This document shows, piece by piece, positions 1-11,199 of a stretch of DNA of 64,000 nt. The DNA comes from Bdellovibrionales bacterium (GTDB lineage: Bacteria > Bdellovibrionota > Bdellovibrionia > Bdellovibrionales > JAUICD01): the NCBI GenBank assembly GCA_965203275.1, contig OZ241865.1:2464001-2528000 (forward strand), written 5' to 3'. Made by a program: the position numbers and the translations under genes. Below the pieces are notes generated by a model. The model did no database searches, was not told where the DNA came from, and saw only the letters and a list, made by a program, of their open reading frames with translations. How positions within the stretch are numbered: position 1 is the first letter of the stretch; each line of letters starts with the position of its first letter.

Positions 1-163
1 AAATACATATCAACCTCATTGTTTATCTTAACAAAAATTGACCTCTTTGACAAATCTTGCTTTACAAACTTGCCACTTTGTTTCATAATAAGACAATTTT
101 GATGCACTATGACTTAATTTTTATGGTTTTTATATTCAATTCATTATAAAATATTTACTGAGA

Positions 164-240
164 GCGGGAGTAGCTCAATTGGCTAGAGCATCAGCCTTCC
201 AAGCTGAGGGTTGCGAGTTCAAGTCTCGTCTTCCGCTCCA
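164..240 (+). tRNA. tRNA-Gly(TCC)
   Basis: Cloverleaf GCGGGAG...TTCCGC-TCCA; anticodon arm TCAGC-CTTCCAA-GCTGA; GTTCAAG T-loop; lies in the tRNA-tuf operon. Confidence 0.95.
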
Positions 241-345
241 TTTTAACAATACATTTTTAATTTAATTAAGAAGCTATCTTATAAATATAAGTGATTTTAA
301 TAACTTAAGGCAATGAAGTTAAAATATTTTGTGGCTTATATATAA

Positions 346-420
346 GCCCGCGTAGCTCAGAGGTAGAGCGTACCCTTGGTAAGGGTGAGGTCACGGGTTC
401 AATTCTCGTCGTGGGCTCCA
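346..420 (+). tRNA. tRNA-Thr(GGT)
   Basis: GCCCGCG...CGTGGGC-TCCA acceptor; anticodon arm ACCC-TTGGTAA-GGGT; directly upstream of tuf. Confidence 0.95.
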
Positions 421-572
421 ATCACCTCACAAATAAAAAATAAAAAAATAACAATAAAGATTAAAAAATGTTAAAAAATCATTTATAGTAAATAAATATA
501 AGGATATAATATTTTAATGACTTTTTGAATAAATTTAAATAAATACAAACAACAAACACAAAGGAGAAAAAC

Positions 573-1763
573 ATGGCTAAAGAAAAATTTGAACGCAATA
601 AGCCTCATGTTAATGTGGGAACAATTGGACATGTGGATCATGGTAAAACAACTTTAACAGCAGCAATTACCAAAACGCTTGCTGAAAAAGGTGGTGCAAC
701 AGCAATGGATTATGAGCAAATTGACAAAGCACCAGAAGAGAAAGAACGTGGCATTACTATTTCCACTACCCATGTTGAATATGAGACAGAAAAACGTCAC
801 TACGCTCACGTGGACTGTCCTGGTCATGCTGACTATGTTAAAAACATGATCACAGGAGCAGCTCAAATGGATGGAGCTATTTTGGTGGTTTCTGCAACAG
901 ATGGTCCTATGCCTCAAACACGAGAACATATCTTGCTTGCTAGACAAGTAGGGGTTCCTGCTATTGTCGTCTTTATGAATAAATGTGATCAAGTAGATGA
1001 CAAGGAGATGTTAGAGTTAGTAGAAGAAGAAATCAGGGAGCTACTTACAAAATATAAATTCCCTGGAAATGATATCCCTATTGTTCAAGGTTCTGCATTA
1101 AAAGCCCTTGAAGGGGATACTTCTGAAATGGGTAAGCCTGCTCTTCTTAAACTAATGGATGCGTGTGATTCTTATATTCCAGAACCAAAAAGAGATATTG
1201 ACAAGACCTTTTTAATGCCTATTGAAGATGTGTTTTCTATCTCTGGTCGAGGAACAGTGGTCACAGGCCGTGTTGAACGTGGCATTGTTAAAGTTAATGA
1301 AGAGGTAGAAATTGTAGGCATCCGGGCAACAACTAAAACCACTGTAACGGGTGTAGAGATGTTCCGTAAACTTTTAGATCAAGGGCAAGCTGGTGATAAC
1401 ATCGGAGCCTTGCTCAGAGGTACTAAAAAAGAAGATGTAGAAAGAGGCCAAGTGCTTGCTAAGCCTGGTACAATCACTCCACATAAAAAGTTCAAGGCAG
1501 AAGCCTACATCTTAACTAAGGAAGAAGGCGGAAGGCATACACCTTTCTTTAAAGGTTACAGACCTCAATTTTACTTTAGAACCACAGATGTGACTGGAGT
1601 CGTCACACTCAAAGAAGGTGTTGAAATGGTCATGCCAGGTGACAATGCAGAAATGTCTGTAGAGTTAATTGCTCCAATTGCTATGGAAAAAGGTGTGCGA
1701 TTTGCCATCCGTGAAGGAGGACGTACAGTGGGTGCAGGAGTGGTCTCTGAAATCACAGATTAA
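573..1763 (+). CDS. tuf: Elongation factor Tu
   Basis: [23 protein letters not shown] and NKCD motifs; AAGGAG Shine-Dalgarno. Confidence 0.99.
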   Translation: MAKEKFERNKPHVNVGTIGHVDHGKTTLTAAITKTLAEKGGATAMDYEQIDKAPEEKERGITISTTHVEYETEKRHYAHVDCPGHADYVKNMITGAAQMDGAILVVSATDGPMPQTREHILLARQVGVPAIVVFMNKCDQVDDKEMLELVEEEIRELLTKYKFPGNDIPIVQGSALKALEGDTSEMGKPALLKLMDACDSYIPEPKRDIDKTFLMPIEDVFSISGRGTVVTGRVERGIVKVNEEVEIVGIRATTKTTVTGVEMFRKLLDQGQAGDNIGALLRGTKKEDVERGQVLAKPGTITPHKKFKAEAYILTKEEGGRHTPFFKGYRPQFYFRTTDVTGVVTLKEGVEMVMPGDNAEMSVELIAPIAMEKGVRFAIREGGRTVGAGVVSEITD

Positions 1764-2191
1764 CTTTTTGTTGATTGACTGTTTGCATGATATTTTCAAA
1801 AAAAGCAGAAGAAGGGGTAAAGGAGTAATATACATTATGTGGGGAGTGGGGAGCTATGAGAATAATTTTTGAAGATATCATGCCTTTTATTCCACTTAAA
1901 ACTTTAACTTAAAACTATTGAAGGTCAATAAATTATATTCCTACAGTATGAATGAGAGCAGTTAAATACACAATTTGTAAATTAAAACAAAGACTCAACA
2001 CAGAGAACAAAGAATTTTAAAAAATAATTCAAAAATTTGACTCATTTGATCAGAAATTTAAAACACACAAACAAAGACTCAGGTAAGATTATTGAAATCC
2101 CTGTTGAAAATAGATTAAAAAAGAAGTTAATAGTTAAAGTCTGTGGATCAAAAAAACCCAAATACATCCAAAAATATCTATTAGGTTAATT

Positions 2192-3664
2192 ATGTCTCTT
2201 AAAATTTATAACACATTAACTCAAAAAAAAGAAATATTTCAACCCTTAGAAAAAAACAAGGTTCGTATGTATGTTTGCGGGCCAACTGTGTACGGACTTT
2301 TACACATAGGGAATTTTAGAGGAGCTATTTTCTTTAATCTTGTCAGAAATTACTTTGAACATTTAAACTATGAAGTCACTTATGTTTATAACTACACAGA
2401 TATTGACGATAAAATTATTCATAAAGCAAAGCAAGAGTCTCTATCTACTCAAGAGGTTGCCCAAAAATATATCCATGAATTTGAAAAAGATTATAAAGCT
2501 CTAGGTTTAAGACCACATACTCATAATCCTAAAGCAACTGATCATATCTCTGACATGATTGCTATGATTCAAACTCTTATCGACAGTGGACATGCTTATG
2601 TGACAGAAAGCGGTGAAGTATTTTATTCTATAAAAACTTTTAAAAAATATGGACAGCTTTCTGGTAAAGATATTGCAGACTTACAAGCTGGAGCAAGAAT
2701 AGAGATCAATGATCAAAAAAAATATCCTCTTGATTTTACATTATGGAAACCAAGTAAAGAAGGAGAACCTGCATGGGATGCTCCTTGGTGCAAAGGTCGG
2801 CCAGGATGGCATATTGAATGTTCTGTGATGAATTGGAAACTCATAGGCGAGAGCATTGATATTCATGGAGGAGGGGTTGATTTGATTTTCCCACATCATG
2901 AAAATGAAACAGCACAAAGTGAAGGGGCATTTAATAAAAGATTTGCTCAATATTGGATGCACCATCACTTAATTCAATTTGGTTCAGAAAAAATGTCAAA
3001 ATCACTTGGCAATATTATTACCACTCGTAGCTTTTTAAAAGAACATCATCCTGAAATTTTAAAATACATGATGTTAATGAGTCATTATCGATCTGTTTCT
3101 GTTTTTTCAGAGGATCAAGTACAGCATGCTATTTTTGGATTGATGCGTATTTATTCTGCTCTATCTTTAGCTTCTCAAATACAAAAAACAACATCAGAGC
3201 CTCAGCCCTTACCTAAAGATTTCAAAGAGCTATTACAGACAACAGAAGAAAAAATAACTTTAGCCCTTAACGATGACTTTAACACTCCACAGATGTTTGC
3301 TTGTATCTTTGATGTTGTAAGAGCCTTTAATGAGATATGTCAAAACAAACCTCAAGTTACTCTTTCAAAGGTCGCAGACGCCTTTAAAAATTTTATCAAG
3401 AAACAAGGATACTTGTTAGCTCTTTTTCAAGAAGATACAGATGTTTTCATTCAACAAATAGAAGATATATTATTAGCAAAAAGACATCTTAAAAGAGAAG
3501 AAATCAATCAGCTCGTGAAAGAGAGGAATGAAGCCCGTTTGAAAAAAGATTACAAAAAAAGTGATCAGATCAGAAACATTTTATTAGAAAAAAATATAGA
3601 AATTCGTGATGTTAAAAATCAGCAAGGAGTTAAAACTTTATGGACGATCAAACAATACAAATAG
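2192..3664 (+). CDS. cysS: Cysteine--tRNA ligase
   Basis: YVCGPTVY, HIGN, GRPGWHIEC, HGGGVDLIFPHHENE and KMSKS motifs. Confidence 0.98.
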   Translation: MSLKIYNTLTQKKEIFQPLEKNKVRMYVCGPTVYGLLHIGNFRGAIFFNLVRNYFEHLNYEVTYVYNYTDIDDKIIHKAKQESLSTQEVAQKYIHEFEKDYKALGLRPHTHNPKATDHISDMIAMIQTLIDSGHAYVTESGEVFYSIKTFKKYGQLSGKDIADLQAGARIEINDQKKYPLDFTLWKPSKEGEPAWDAPWCKGRPGWHIECSVMNWKLIGESIDIHGGGVDLIFPHHENETAQSEGAFNKRFAQYWMHHHLIQFGSEKMSKSLGNIITTRSFLKEHHPEILKYMMLMSHYRSVSVFSEDQVQHAIFGLMRIYSALSLASQIQKTTSEPQPLPKDFKELLQTTEEKITLALNDDFNTPQMFACIFDVVRAFNEICQNKPQVTLSKVADAFKNFIKKQGYLLALFQEDTDVFIQQIEDILLAKRHLKREEINQLVKERNEARLKKDYKKSDQIRNILLEKNIEIRDVKNQQGVKTLWTIKQYK

Positions 3665-3672
3665 GTGAATAA

Positions 3673-4815
3673 ATGAAACCAACTATTTTGTGTGTAGATG
3701 ATGAGATAGATAACGTTGAAGCTTTAGAAAGAACTTTTCGTAGATCTTACAGTGTCTTAACAGCTACTTCTGGTATAAAAGCCCTTAAGTTATTAGAGAA
3801 GCATGAAGTGGCTGTGATCATTAGTGACCAACGTATGCCTCAAATGAAAGGTGTTGAATTTTTACAAAAGTCTATATTATCTCATCCTGACACTATTCGT
3901 ATACTCTTGACAGGTTATAGTGATATGGGTTCTGTCGTAGACGCTATTAATACAGGTGAAGTCTATCGTTATATTACTAAACCTTGGAATATACATGACC
4001 TGCAAGCTACTGTTGCAAGAGCTGTAGAACGCTATCAAATGAAAAAAGAACTTCAACAGAAAACAAAAGCCCTTGGAACAGCTTATAAAAAACTTCAACA
4101 ACTTGATGAAGCTAAGTCACAGTTTATGTTACTGATTCACCATGAACTGAAAACACCTCTCACGACAATTTCTAGTTTTTTACAGTTATTAACCCAATCA
4201 GATCTCAATCAAGATCAAAGTCTCTATTGCAAAAAGATTCAGGAGGGAACACATCGCTTAAATGAGCTTATTGTTTCTGTATTAGAAATTATGGAGGTAG
4301 AAACAGGTCACGTGCAACCACATTTTACCCAAACGCTCCTTAAACCTCTCATAGAAGATTTGACCACACAAGTAGCCCCTTTAGCTCACAAAAAAGAACA
4401 AACATTTGATCTTCACATTCCAGAAGTTTTTATTTATGCAGATAAGATCATGCTAGAAAAGGCATTGAAAAAATTACTTCAAAATGCCATTGCATTTGGA
4501 GATTCTAAAACAACTGTGATCGTGCAAGCCATTTTAAAAGAAAATCAAATGGTTGAGATCAGTGTGGTCAATCAAGGTCCAACACTCTCACAAAGTATCA
4601 TCGACCAAATATTACAACCATTTGTTCTCAACGAAGATAGTATGCATCACAGTAAGGGACTTGGACTTGGACTTAAGTTTTGTCAGGCTCTACTTAAATG
4701 TCATAACTGTCAACTCCAAATTTCTAGTCAAAATCACACTGTCAAAGCAAGCTTTACTCTGCCAATCTATGTATCTCAAAATGCTGTCAACACTCAAAAA
4801 AATATGTCACAATAG
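3673..4815 (+). CDS. Hybrid response regulator receiver / histidine kinase
   Basis: N-terminal receiver (VDDE, SDQRMP, KPW); HELKTPL H-box; GLGLGL G-box. Confidence 0.9.
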   Translation: MKPTILCVDDEIDNVEALERTFRRSYSVLTATSGIKALKLLEKHEVAVIISDQRMPQMKGVEFLQKSILSHPDTIRILLTGYSDMGSVVDAINTGEVYRYITKPWNIHDLQATVARAVERYQMKKELQQKTKALGTAYKKLQQLDEAKSQFMLLIHHELKTPLTTISSFLQLLTQSDLNQDQSLYCKKIQEGTHRLNELIVSVLEIMEVETGHVQPHFTQTLLKPLIEDLTTQVAPLAHKKEQTFDLHIPEVFIYADKIMLEKALKKLLQNAIAFGDSKTTVIVQAILKENQMVEISVVNQGPTLSQSIIDQILQPFVLNEDSMHHSKGLGLGLKFCQALLKCHNCQLQISSQNHTVKASFTLPIYVSQNAVNTQKNMSQ

Positions 4816-4821
4816 GTATAT

Positions 4822-5847
4822 ATGATTAGAAAACTGCTTGCTTTTTTAGGTGTTGTTTTTTTCTTGGTTTTATTAGGAGCCTCTTATCAAATTTTTGTAT
4901 GGGTGACTCTGCCTCATAAGACACAAGCAGAAAGCCAAATTTTTCAAGTCATAAAAGGGCAATCTACTGATCAAATAGCCTTAGCATTAGAACAAAAAGA
5001 TCTTATCCATAATGCTTTATTTTTTAAGTTTTATAGTCAAGCCACTCGTCAGGGTAGAAAAATCAAAGCAGGAGAATATCGTCTTTCTGCTACTATGAAA
5101 ATACCAGAAATACTTGATATTCTCACATTAGGAAAAAGTATTTCTTATCCTGTCACTTTCCCTGAAGGGATCAATATTTATGAAATGGCAGAAATATTAG
5201 AAAATAAAAATATCGTTCAAAAAGATAAATTTTTAAAAGCTTGTAAGGATCAAGCCCTTATTCAAAGGTTATTAGGCCAAAAACTTTTAAGCCTAGAAGG
5301 TTATCTCTTCCCTGAAACATATCATTTTGAAAAGAACACTCAAGTTCAAATTGTGATTGAAACAATGGTAAAAAGATTTCTGAAGGTTTATAGAGAAGTT
5401 ATGTCTGAAGAAAATGCCAAGACCTCTCTGAGCCAACATGATGTTGTGCTATTAGCTAGTATTGTAGAAAAAGAAACAAGTATAGATTATGAAAGACCTC
5501 ATATTGCGTCTGTGTTTTTTAATAGATTAAATAAAAAGATGAGATTGCAATCTGACCCCACCATTATTTATGGTATTTTAGTTCAAACAGGTCAATTGAT
5601 AAAAAATATCAAAAAAAAACATATTACAACCTATAATCCATACAACACTTATACGATTCATGGATTGCCTTTAGAGCCTATTGCCAATCCTGGTCAGCAA
5701 TCTATCCATGCAGTGATTTTTCCAAAACAAACAGATGATCTTTATTTTGTAAGTCGTAATGATGGGACACATTACTTTTCTAAAACTTATGATGAGCATA
5801 AAAAGGCAGTTAGAAAATATCAAATACGTGGTATAAATAAAAAATGA
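4822..5847 (+). CDS. mltG: Endolytic transglycosylase MltG (YceG family)
   Basis: N-terminal TM; LEGYLFPETY, ASIVEKET, LQSDPT and YNTY motifs. Confidence 0.95.
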   Translation: MIRKLLAFLGVVFFLVLLGASYQIFVWVTLPHKTQAESQIFQVIKGQSTDQIALALEQKDLIHNALFFKFYSQATRQGRKIKAGEYRLSATMKIPEILDILTLGKSISYPVTFPEGINIYEMAEILENKNIVQKDKFLKACKDQALIQRLLGQKLLSLEGYLFPETYHFEKNTQVQIVIETMVKRFLKVYREVMSEENAKTSLSQHDVVLLASIVEKETSIDYERPHIASVFFNRLNKKMRLQSDPTIIYGILVQTGQLIKNIKKKHITTYNPYNTYTIHGLPLEPIANPGQQSIHAVIFPKQTDDLYFVSRNDGTHYFSKTYDEHKKAVRKYQIRGINKK

Positions 5848-6830
5848 GTTATTTAATAGAAGATTTATTAAAAAAATTTACAGAAAGTGCTTTTCAGGGG
5901 CCTATTCCTTACTCATTGCAACATGATTGGAAAGAAAGCCAATGTCATTTGCTAACAATTTGTGCAACCCATGGTGATGAAATAGGTTCTCTGCCATCGG
6001 CTCTTAAATTTTTTAAAAAATTCACAGAAAAAAATACAACATTTAAAGGAAAATGGACATTGATTTGGGGCAACCCTCAAGCAAGTCAAGTGCGACAACG
6101 ATTTATTGAAAAAGATCTCAATCGGCTTTATGGTAAACTTGATCACACTTCTTTAGAATCAAAACGAGCCTCTGAAATTGCTCCTATAATTAAGACTGCA
6201 CATTTTTTTGTAGATTTTCATCAAACAATTATTCCTACGCTTGTACCTTTTTATTGTGCAAGAGACTATAAAAAATCTTATCATCTTGCAAGGGCTTTAG
6301 GAGGTATTACAAATCTTTTTTTATCACCGAAGTTTTTGCAAGAAGATCAAAGAAATAATTTTAAAAATCATCCAGAGATCAAAACACAAAATGATTTTGC
6401 TACCTGGCATGGAATTCCTTCTCTTACAGTAGAAATTGGTATTAAAGGCTTTAATAGATCATCAGAATTAATGGCTTGTCATTTATTTGAAAAGCTTATA
6501 AATATTGCTTCTCATTGTTTTAATTTTTCAGAAGATAACACTCTTGAAAATTTTGCTATGCAAAATCCTTCTTTATCTATTTTTAAATGTGTCTACAAAC
6601 AAATTTTTGATGATCCTGAGATGTCATTAAATTCTGGTTTTAAAAACTTTTCTCCTATACAAGAAGGCGAAATCATAGGTTATAAAGATAGAAATAAAAA
6701 GTTTGCTTTATTAGCACCTCAAAATGGGGTGATTATTTTCCCAAAATATCCTCAAAGAGATGAACAAGGAATAGCAAAAAATCCCTTACCTGAATATTTG
6801 TATTGCCTTGCAAACGTCCTAATTCACTAA
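5844..6830 (+). CDS. Succinylglutamate desuccinylase/aspartoacylase (M14-like) family protein
   Basis: HGDE, GNP, R-F-x-x-x-D-L-N-R, D-F-H and TVE motifs. Confidence 0.8.
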   Translation: MSYLIEDLLKKFTESAFQGPIPYSLQHDWKESQCHLLTICATHGDEIGSLPSALKFFKKFTEKNTTFKGKWTLIWGNPQASQVRQRFIEKDLNRLYGKLDHTSLESKRASEIAPIIKTAHFFVDFHQTIIPTLVPFYCARDYKKSYHLARALGGITNLFLSPKFLQEDQRNNFKNHPEIKTQNDFATWHGIPSLTVEIGIKGFNRSSELMACHLFEKLINIASHCFNFSEDNTLENFAMQNPSLSIFKCVYKQIFDDPEMSLNSGFKNFSPIQEGEIIGYKDRNKKFALLAPQNGVIIFPKYPQRDEQGIAKNPLPEYLYCLANVLIH

Positions 6831-6836
6831 AGTCAC

Positions 6837-7331
6837 TTTCTCTAAAAGTAAACCAGCCTCTGGCTGCTTTTGGACATTACTCTGACAGCTTACGCTGTCT
6901 AAAAAGAGCAATGTCTCAAAAGTCCGTTTACTTTTAGTAGGAAGGATATCTTCGTCTCTTGACCACATGTTAAGGAAAAAGAGTTTCAGTTTTTGTTTTT
7001 TTTTATTTTTTTAGATTCTGCGTAACCTCAAACAAGAAGTAATTAGATGGAGGATGGGGCAGAGGGAGACTGGAGGAGTTTGGTTCACTCAAAATGAGCC
7101 ACACCTCTGGTTCACTAAAAGTAAACCAGCCTCTGGCTACTTTTGGACATTGCTCTGACAGCTTACGCTGTCTAAAAAGAGCAATGTCTCAAAAGTCCGT
7201 TTACTTTTAGTAGGAAGGATCCCTTCTTTTTTTAATACCATGTTAGGGAAACAAGATATTTATTTCCCGTTGGCAAAATGGTCATTGTCTCATTTGATTT
7301 TCACTAAAAGTAAACCAACCTATGGTTGTTT
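6837..7331 (+). repeat. Cluster of ~140-bp structured palindromic repeat (2 full copies plus fragments)
   Basis: CTAAAAGTAAAC...GTTTACTTTTAGT outer stem, nested inner hairpin, GGAT(C/A)...ATGTTA(A/G)GGAAA tail. Confidence 0.9.
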
Positions 7332-7696
7332 CCTGAGTTTGACAGTTGATTTGCAAATATGGATATCTTTTTTTTTAGAATGTTTTATTTATAGCTGTTA
7401 GAGGTTTGTAAGTTTTGATTTTTAAATTTTGGTAGAATTTCTAGTGAAGTATGTTTTTGTGAATTTTTATCAATAAAGTCTTGATATAGAAAGCTATACA
7501 TTATTGAGTAAAATGATGATGAAAAATAATGTAAAACATGAGAGGTCTAAAAATAAGGGGGAAAGATGAAGTGTCAGATGAATACATCAATGATCTCCTA
7601 GGTTAAAAAGTTCGCATTGTAGTGGCACAAAATCTTATTGCACTTATAGCCTACTGAAATCTCACAGCTTTATTTTTTCAGGCTGTCAAACTCAGG
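7332..7696. mobile_element. Putative MITE/IS remnant bounded by a perfect 14-bp inverted repeat
   Basis: CCTGAGTTTGACAG (7332-7345) and CTGTCAAACTCAGG (7683-7696); no long ORF between them. Confidence 0.5.
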
Positions 7697-7908
7697 ACTT
7701 ACTTAAGGATGTTCCTATCCGCTTTTTCTTAATTCTTTAAAAGTGCTTGACTTCGCCCCTAAATAAGATATTTTTACAAAGATTATCAAGGTTTACGTTT
7801 ACTTCTAAAAAATAAGAAAAAGCCCTTTTAATCAAAGTTTTAATCTTGTATGTACTTTATTGTTATTTAACTTAAAAATTTAGACCAATTTAAAAGGAGT
7901 ACCAAACA

Positions 7909-8592
7909 ATGAGAAATATATTTTTTTCTTTATCTTTATTTTTGAGCACGATTGGATGTCAAAATTTAAAACCTACTCAAAATACACAAAATACACAAAA
8001 TACAAGCAACACGGATTTAACGCATGCTAGTCGTTACGGCCATATAGAGGTTGTAAAGGAATTGCTAGCGAAAAGGGCTAATGTCAATTATCAAGACGGC
8101 TATGGCTGGACGGCTTTAATGTATGCTAGTCGTTACCGCTATATAGAAATTGTAAAGGCATTGCTAGCGGCCGGAGCCAACGTCAATCTTCAAGACAAAG
8201 ATGGCTGGACGGCTTTAATGTATGCTAGTTATTACGGCCATATAGAGATTGCAAAGGAATTGCTAGCAAACGGAGCTAACGTCAATCTTCAAGATGAAAA
8301 GGGTGGTGATACGGCTTTAATATTGGCTAGTGAGAAAGGCCATATAGAAATTGTAAAGGCATTGCTAGCGGCCGGGGCTAACGTCAATTTTCAAAACAAA
8401 TATGGCGAAAAAGATGGCAAGACGGCTTTAATGGTTGCAAGCATGCATGGCCATATTGAGGTTGTAAAGTTATTGCTAGAAAAGGGTGCTAAAGTCGATC
8501 TTCAAGACAACAGAGGCAGTACGGCTTTAATGATGGCTAGAGATAAAGAACATACTGATATTGTAAGACTCTTAAAAGAGGCGACAGAATAA
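7909..8592 (+). CDS. Ankyrin-repeat protein, probable lipoprotein
   Basis: Signal peptide ending IGC; about 5-6 G-x-TALMxAS..GHxExVKxLL..GA.VN repeats. Confidence 0.92.
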   Translation: MRNIFFSLSLFLSTIGCQNLKPTQNTQNTQNTSNTDLTHASRYGHIEVVKELLAKRANVNYQDGYGWTALMYASRYRYIEIVKALLAAGANVNLQDKDGWTALMYASYYGHIEIAKELLANGANVNLQDEKGGDTALILASEKGHIEIVKALLAAGANVNFQNKYGEKDGKTALMVASMHGHIEVVKLLLEKGAKVDLQDNRGSTALMMARDKEHTDIVRLLKEATE

Positions 8593-8954
8593 TTATCTAT
8601 TTAATAAGAATATACGGGCCGTAGCAAACGGCCTTTATGCTCAATTCAAGTCGGGCTTTAGACTTACTTAAGGATAAAAAACATATCTTATTTCCTTAAC
8701 ATTTCACTCAAAATAAACTGGCCTCTAGCCACTTTTGGATAGCCGTCGGGCTAACTGCCAGAAAACATGCCAGAGGCATGATGCATTTTGAGTGAAATGT
8801 TAAGGAAACAATTCCTTCTAATACCTCCTAACCTGACTGTAAGATTTTCTTTTGCATTTAACAAAAACAATGGTTAAAATACAGTTTATAAAATAAAGTG
8901 AAGCAAATCACATCAAGATCAGAAATATCAAAACAACAAAATAAGGAGATAACA

Positions 8955-11036
8955 ATGCAAGTGTCCCCCCATCAAAACTCTAATACTAATACAAAGATTC
9001 AAAACCCTTTTTTAAAAAAGTTTGAAGGATTTGATGCAGCTATTCCTTTTGAAAAAATCCAAACAGAACACTATCAACCTGCACTAAAAGAAGCCATTAA
9101 AATAGCTAGCTTAAATATTTCAAAAATAAAAGAGGCTTCAACACCTCCTACATTTCAAAATACCATTGAAGCTTTAGAAACCTCTACAGAAGATATGCAA
9201 GCTGTTTGTAGTGTTTTCTTTAATCTTTTAAACTCAGATATGAGCGATCAGCTACAAGCTTTAGCTCCTCAAATATCTACCCTTAAAGCATCCTTTCAAA
9301 GTGATGTCTTGTTAGACGAAAAACTTTTTCATAAAGTAGAAAAGGTTTATAAAGAATCACTTCAGCAACTAGATACAGAACAAAAACGCCTTACAGAAAA
9401 TACTTATAAAAGTTTCGTACGTAATGGAGCTTTACTCTCTCCTGATCACAAAAAAAAAATCCGTGAAATAGATCAAAAACTGGCTACACTATTCCCACAA
9501 TTTTCAGAAAGAAACCTCAAAGCCATGGAGGCTTTTGAACTCCATATCAAAGATCAAAACATTGTGAAAGGCTTACCTAACTCTACTATTTACTCAGCTT
9601 TGGAAAAAGCAAAACAAAAAAAAGTGTCTGGTTATCTTTTTGGACTAGAGATGCCTAGTTATATTCCTTTTATGACTTACTGCACTCATCGTAATCTGCG
9701 AGAGAAAATGTGGAGGGCCTATAGCAGTCGATGTGTAGGAGGTCCATTTGATACTTCGGATATTATCAATCAAATTGTACAGCTTAAATATAAAAGGGCA
9801 AAACTTCTTGGATACCAAAATCATGCAGACTATGTATTAGAAGAGCGTATGGCTAAGTCTGTTGATCAAGTCAATGCCTTTCTTCAACAACTCATTGATG
9901 CAAGTTTTCCTGTTGCCCAAAAGGACCTAGAACGTCTTAAAAAATTATTTTTAAAGGATCACCCTGGTCAAAATATTAAAGCTTGGGATATTTTATATTA
10001 TCAAGAGAAATTAAAAGCTCAACAATTTGCCTTCCATCAAGAAGAACTAAGGCCTTATTTTCCACTTGATCAAGTATTGCAAGGGGCCTTTGACTTAGCA
10101 GGTCGGCTTTACAATTTAGATTTTAAAAAAAGAAACGACATTTCTAAATACCATCCCGAAGTAGAAGTTTACGAAGTTATAGAGAAAACAACAAGAGAAT
10201 ATAAAGCTTTGTTTTATACAGATTTTTTCCCTCGTTCTACAAAGAGAACAGGAGCATGGATGACCACCTTTAGAGAACAGGGATTGCACCAAGGCCAAGT
10301 GAAAAGACCTCACGTCAGTATTGTATGTAATTTCACAAGACCTACAGCAGATCAGCCATCTTTGCTAACCTTTGAAGAAAGTGAAACTCTTTTCCATGAG
10401 TTTGGACATGCTTTGCATGCCATATTATCTGATTGTCGATATGTCAGCCTAGCTAGTCCAAATGTGTACTGGGATTTTGTGGAACTACCTTCACAATTTA
10501 TGCAAAATTGGTTGATGGAAAAACCCGTCTTAGATGCTTTTGCTCAACATTATCAAAATAAACAATCTATCCCAGAAGATTTATTTCAAAAAATAAAAGC
10601 CAGTCGTCAATATATGGCAGGGTACCGTAGTCTACGGCAAATTAATTTTGCCATATTGGATATGGCTTGGCATGCTCAAAACCCTGGATATGTTAAGGAT
10701 ATTGAAGCGTTTGAGAGAAAGTACACACAAAAAACAACTCTCTTACCACCTGAGGCAGGCACAAGTATTTCACACGCATTTGCACATATCTTTGGTGGAG
10801 GTTATTCCGCAGGATATTATTCTTACAAATGGGCAGAAGTCTTAGATGCAGATGCTTTTGAGCATTTCAAGTCCAATGGTTTATTTAATAAAGATATTGC
10901 AAACTCCTTTTGCAATAATATCTTAGCAAAAGGTGATACAGAAGACCCTATGATACTTTATGAAAGATTCAGAGGTCAAAAACCTAACATCCAAGCTCTT
11001 CTTAGGCGAGATGGGTTAATTAGCTCATCTGCCTAA
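8955..11036 (+). CDS. M3A metallopeptidase (peptidyl-dipeptidase Dcp/oligopeptidase A-like)
   Basis: HEFGH, WDFVELPSQ and GYSAGYYSYKWAE motifs; ATG at 8955 follows an AAGGAG Shine-Dalgarno. Confidence 0.93.
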   Translation: MQVSPHQNSNTNTKIQNPFLKKFEGFDAAIPFEKIQTEHYQPALKEAIKIASLNISKIKEASTPPTFQNTIEALETSTEDMQAVCSVFFNLLNSDMSDQLQALAPQISTLKASFQSDVLLDEKLFHKVEKVYKESLQQLDTEQKRLTENTYKSFVRNGALLSPDHKKKIREIDQKLATLFPQFSERNLKAMEAFELHIKDQNIVKGLPNSTIYSALEKAKQKKVSGYLFGLEMPSYIPFMTYCTHRNLREKMWRAYSSRCVGGPFDTSDIINQIVQLKYKRAKLLGYQNHADYVLEERMAKSVDQVNAFLQQLIDASFPVAQKDLERLKKLFLKDHPGQNIKAWDILYYQEKLKAQQFAFHQEELRPYFPLDQVLQGAFDLAGRLYNLDFKKRNDISKYHPEVEVYEVIEKTTREYKALFYTDFFPRSTKRTGAWMTTFREQGLHQGQVKRPHVSIVCNFTRPTADQPSLLTFEESETLFHEFGHALHAILSDCRYVSLASPNVYWDFVELPSQFMQNWLMEKPVLDAFAQHYQNKQSIPEDLFQKIKASRQYMAGYRSLRQINFAILDMAWHAQNPGYVKDIEAFERKYTQKTTLLPPEAGTSISHAFAHIFGGGYSAGYYSYKWAEVLDADAFEHFKSNGLFNKDIANSFCNNILAKGDTEDPMILYERFRGQKPNIQALLRRDGLISSSA

Positions 11037-11199
11037 GCATATTAAGAAAAATAGCCTTAAGAATTTACTTGCATATCAACATAAACTCAGAAATTATAAA
11101 AGATATAATGCATTGATATAGTTGAAACTATCTTGAATAAAGATTTTAAAAAAGATATTTCTTTTGATTATATGTATTTAATTATGGGAAGGTATCATT

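Noticed and set aside
654..1872. Antisense and alternative-frame ORFs inside tuf (and similar ones inside cysS, M3 peptidase, ald, nuoM/N and the LysM gene)
   Set aside because: They are shadow ORFs of well-supported genes.
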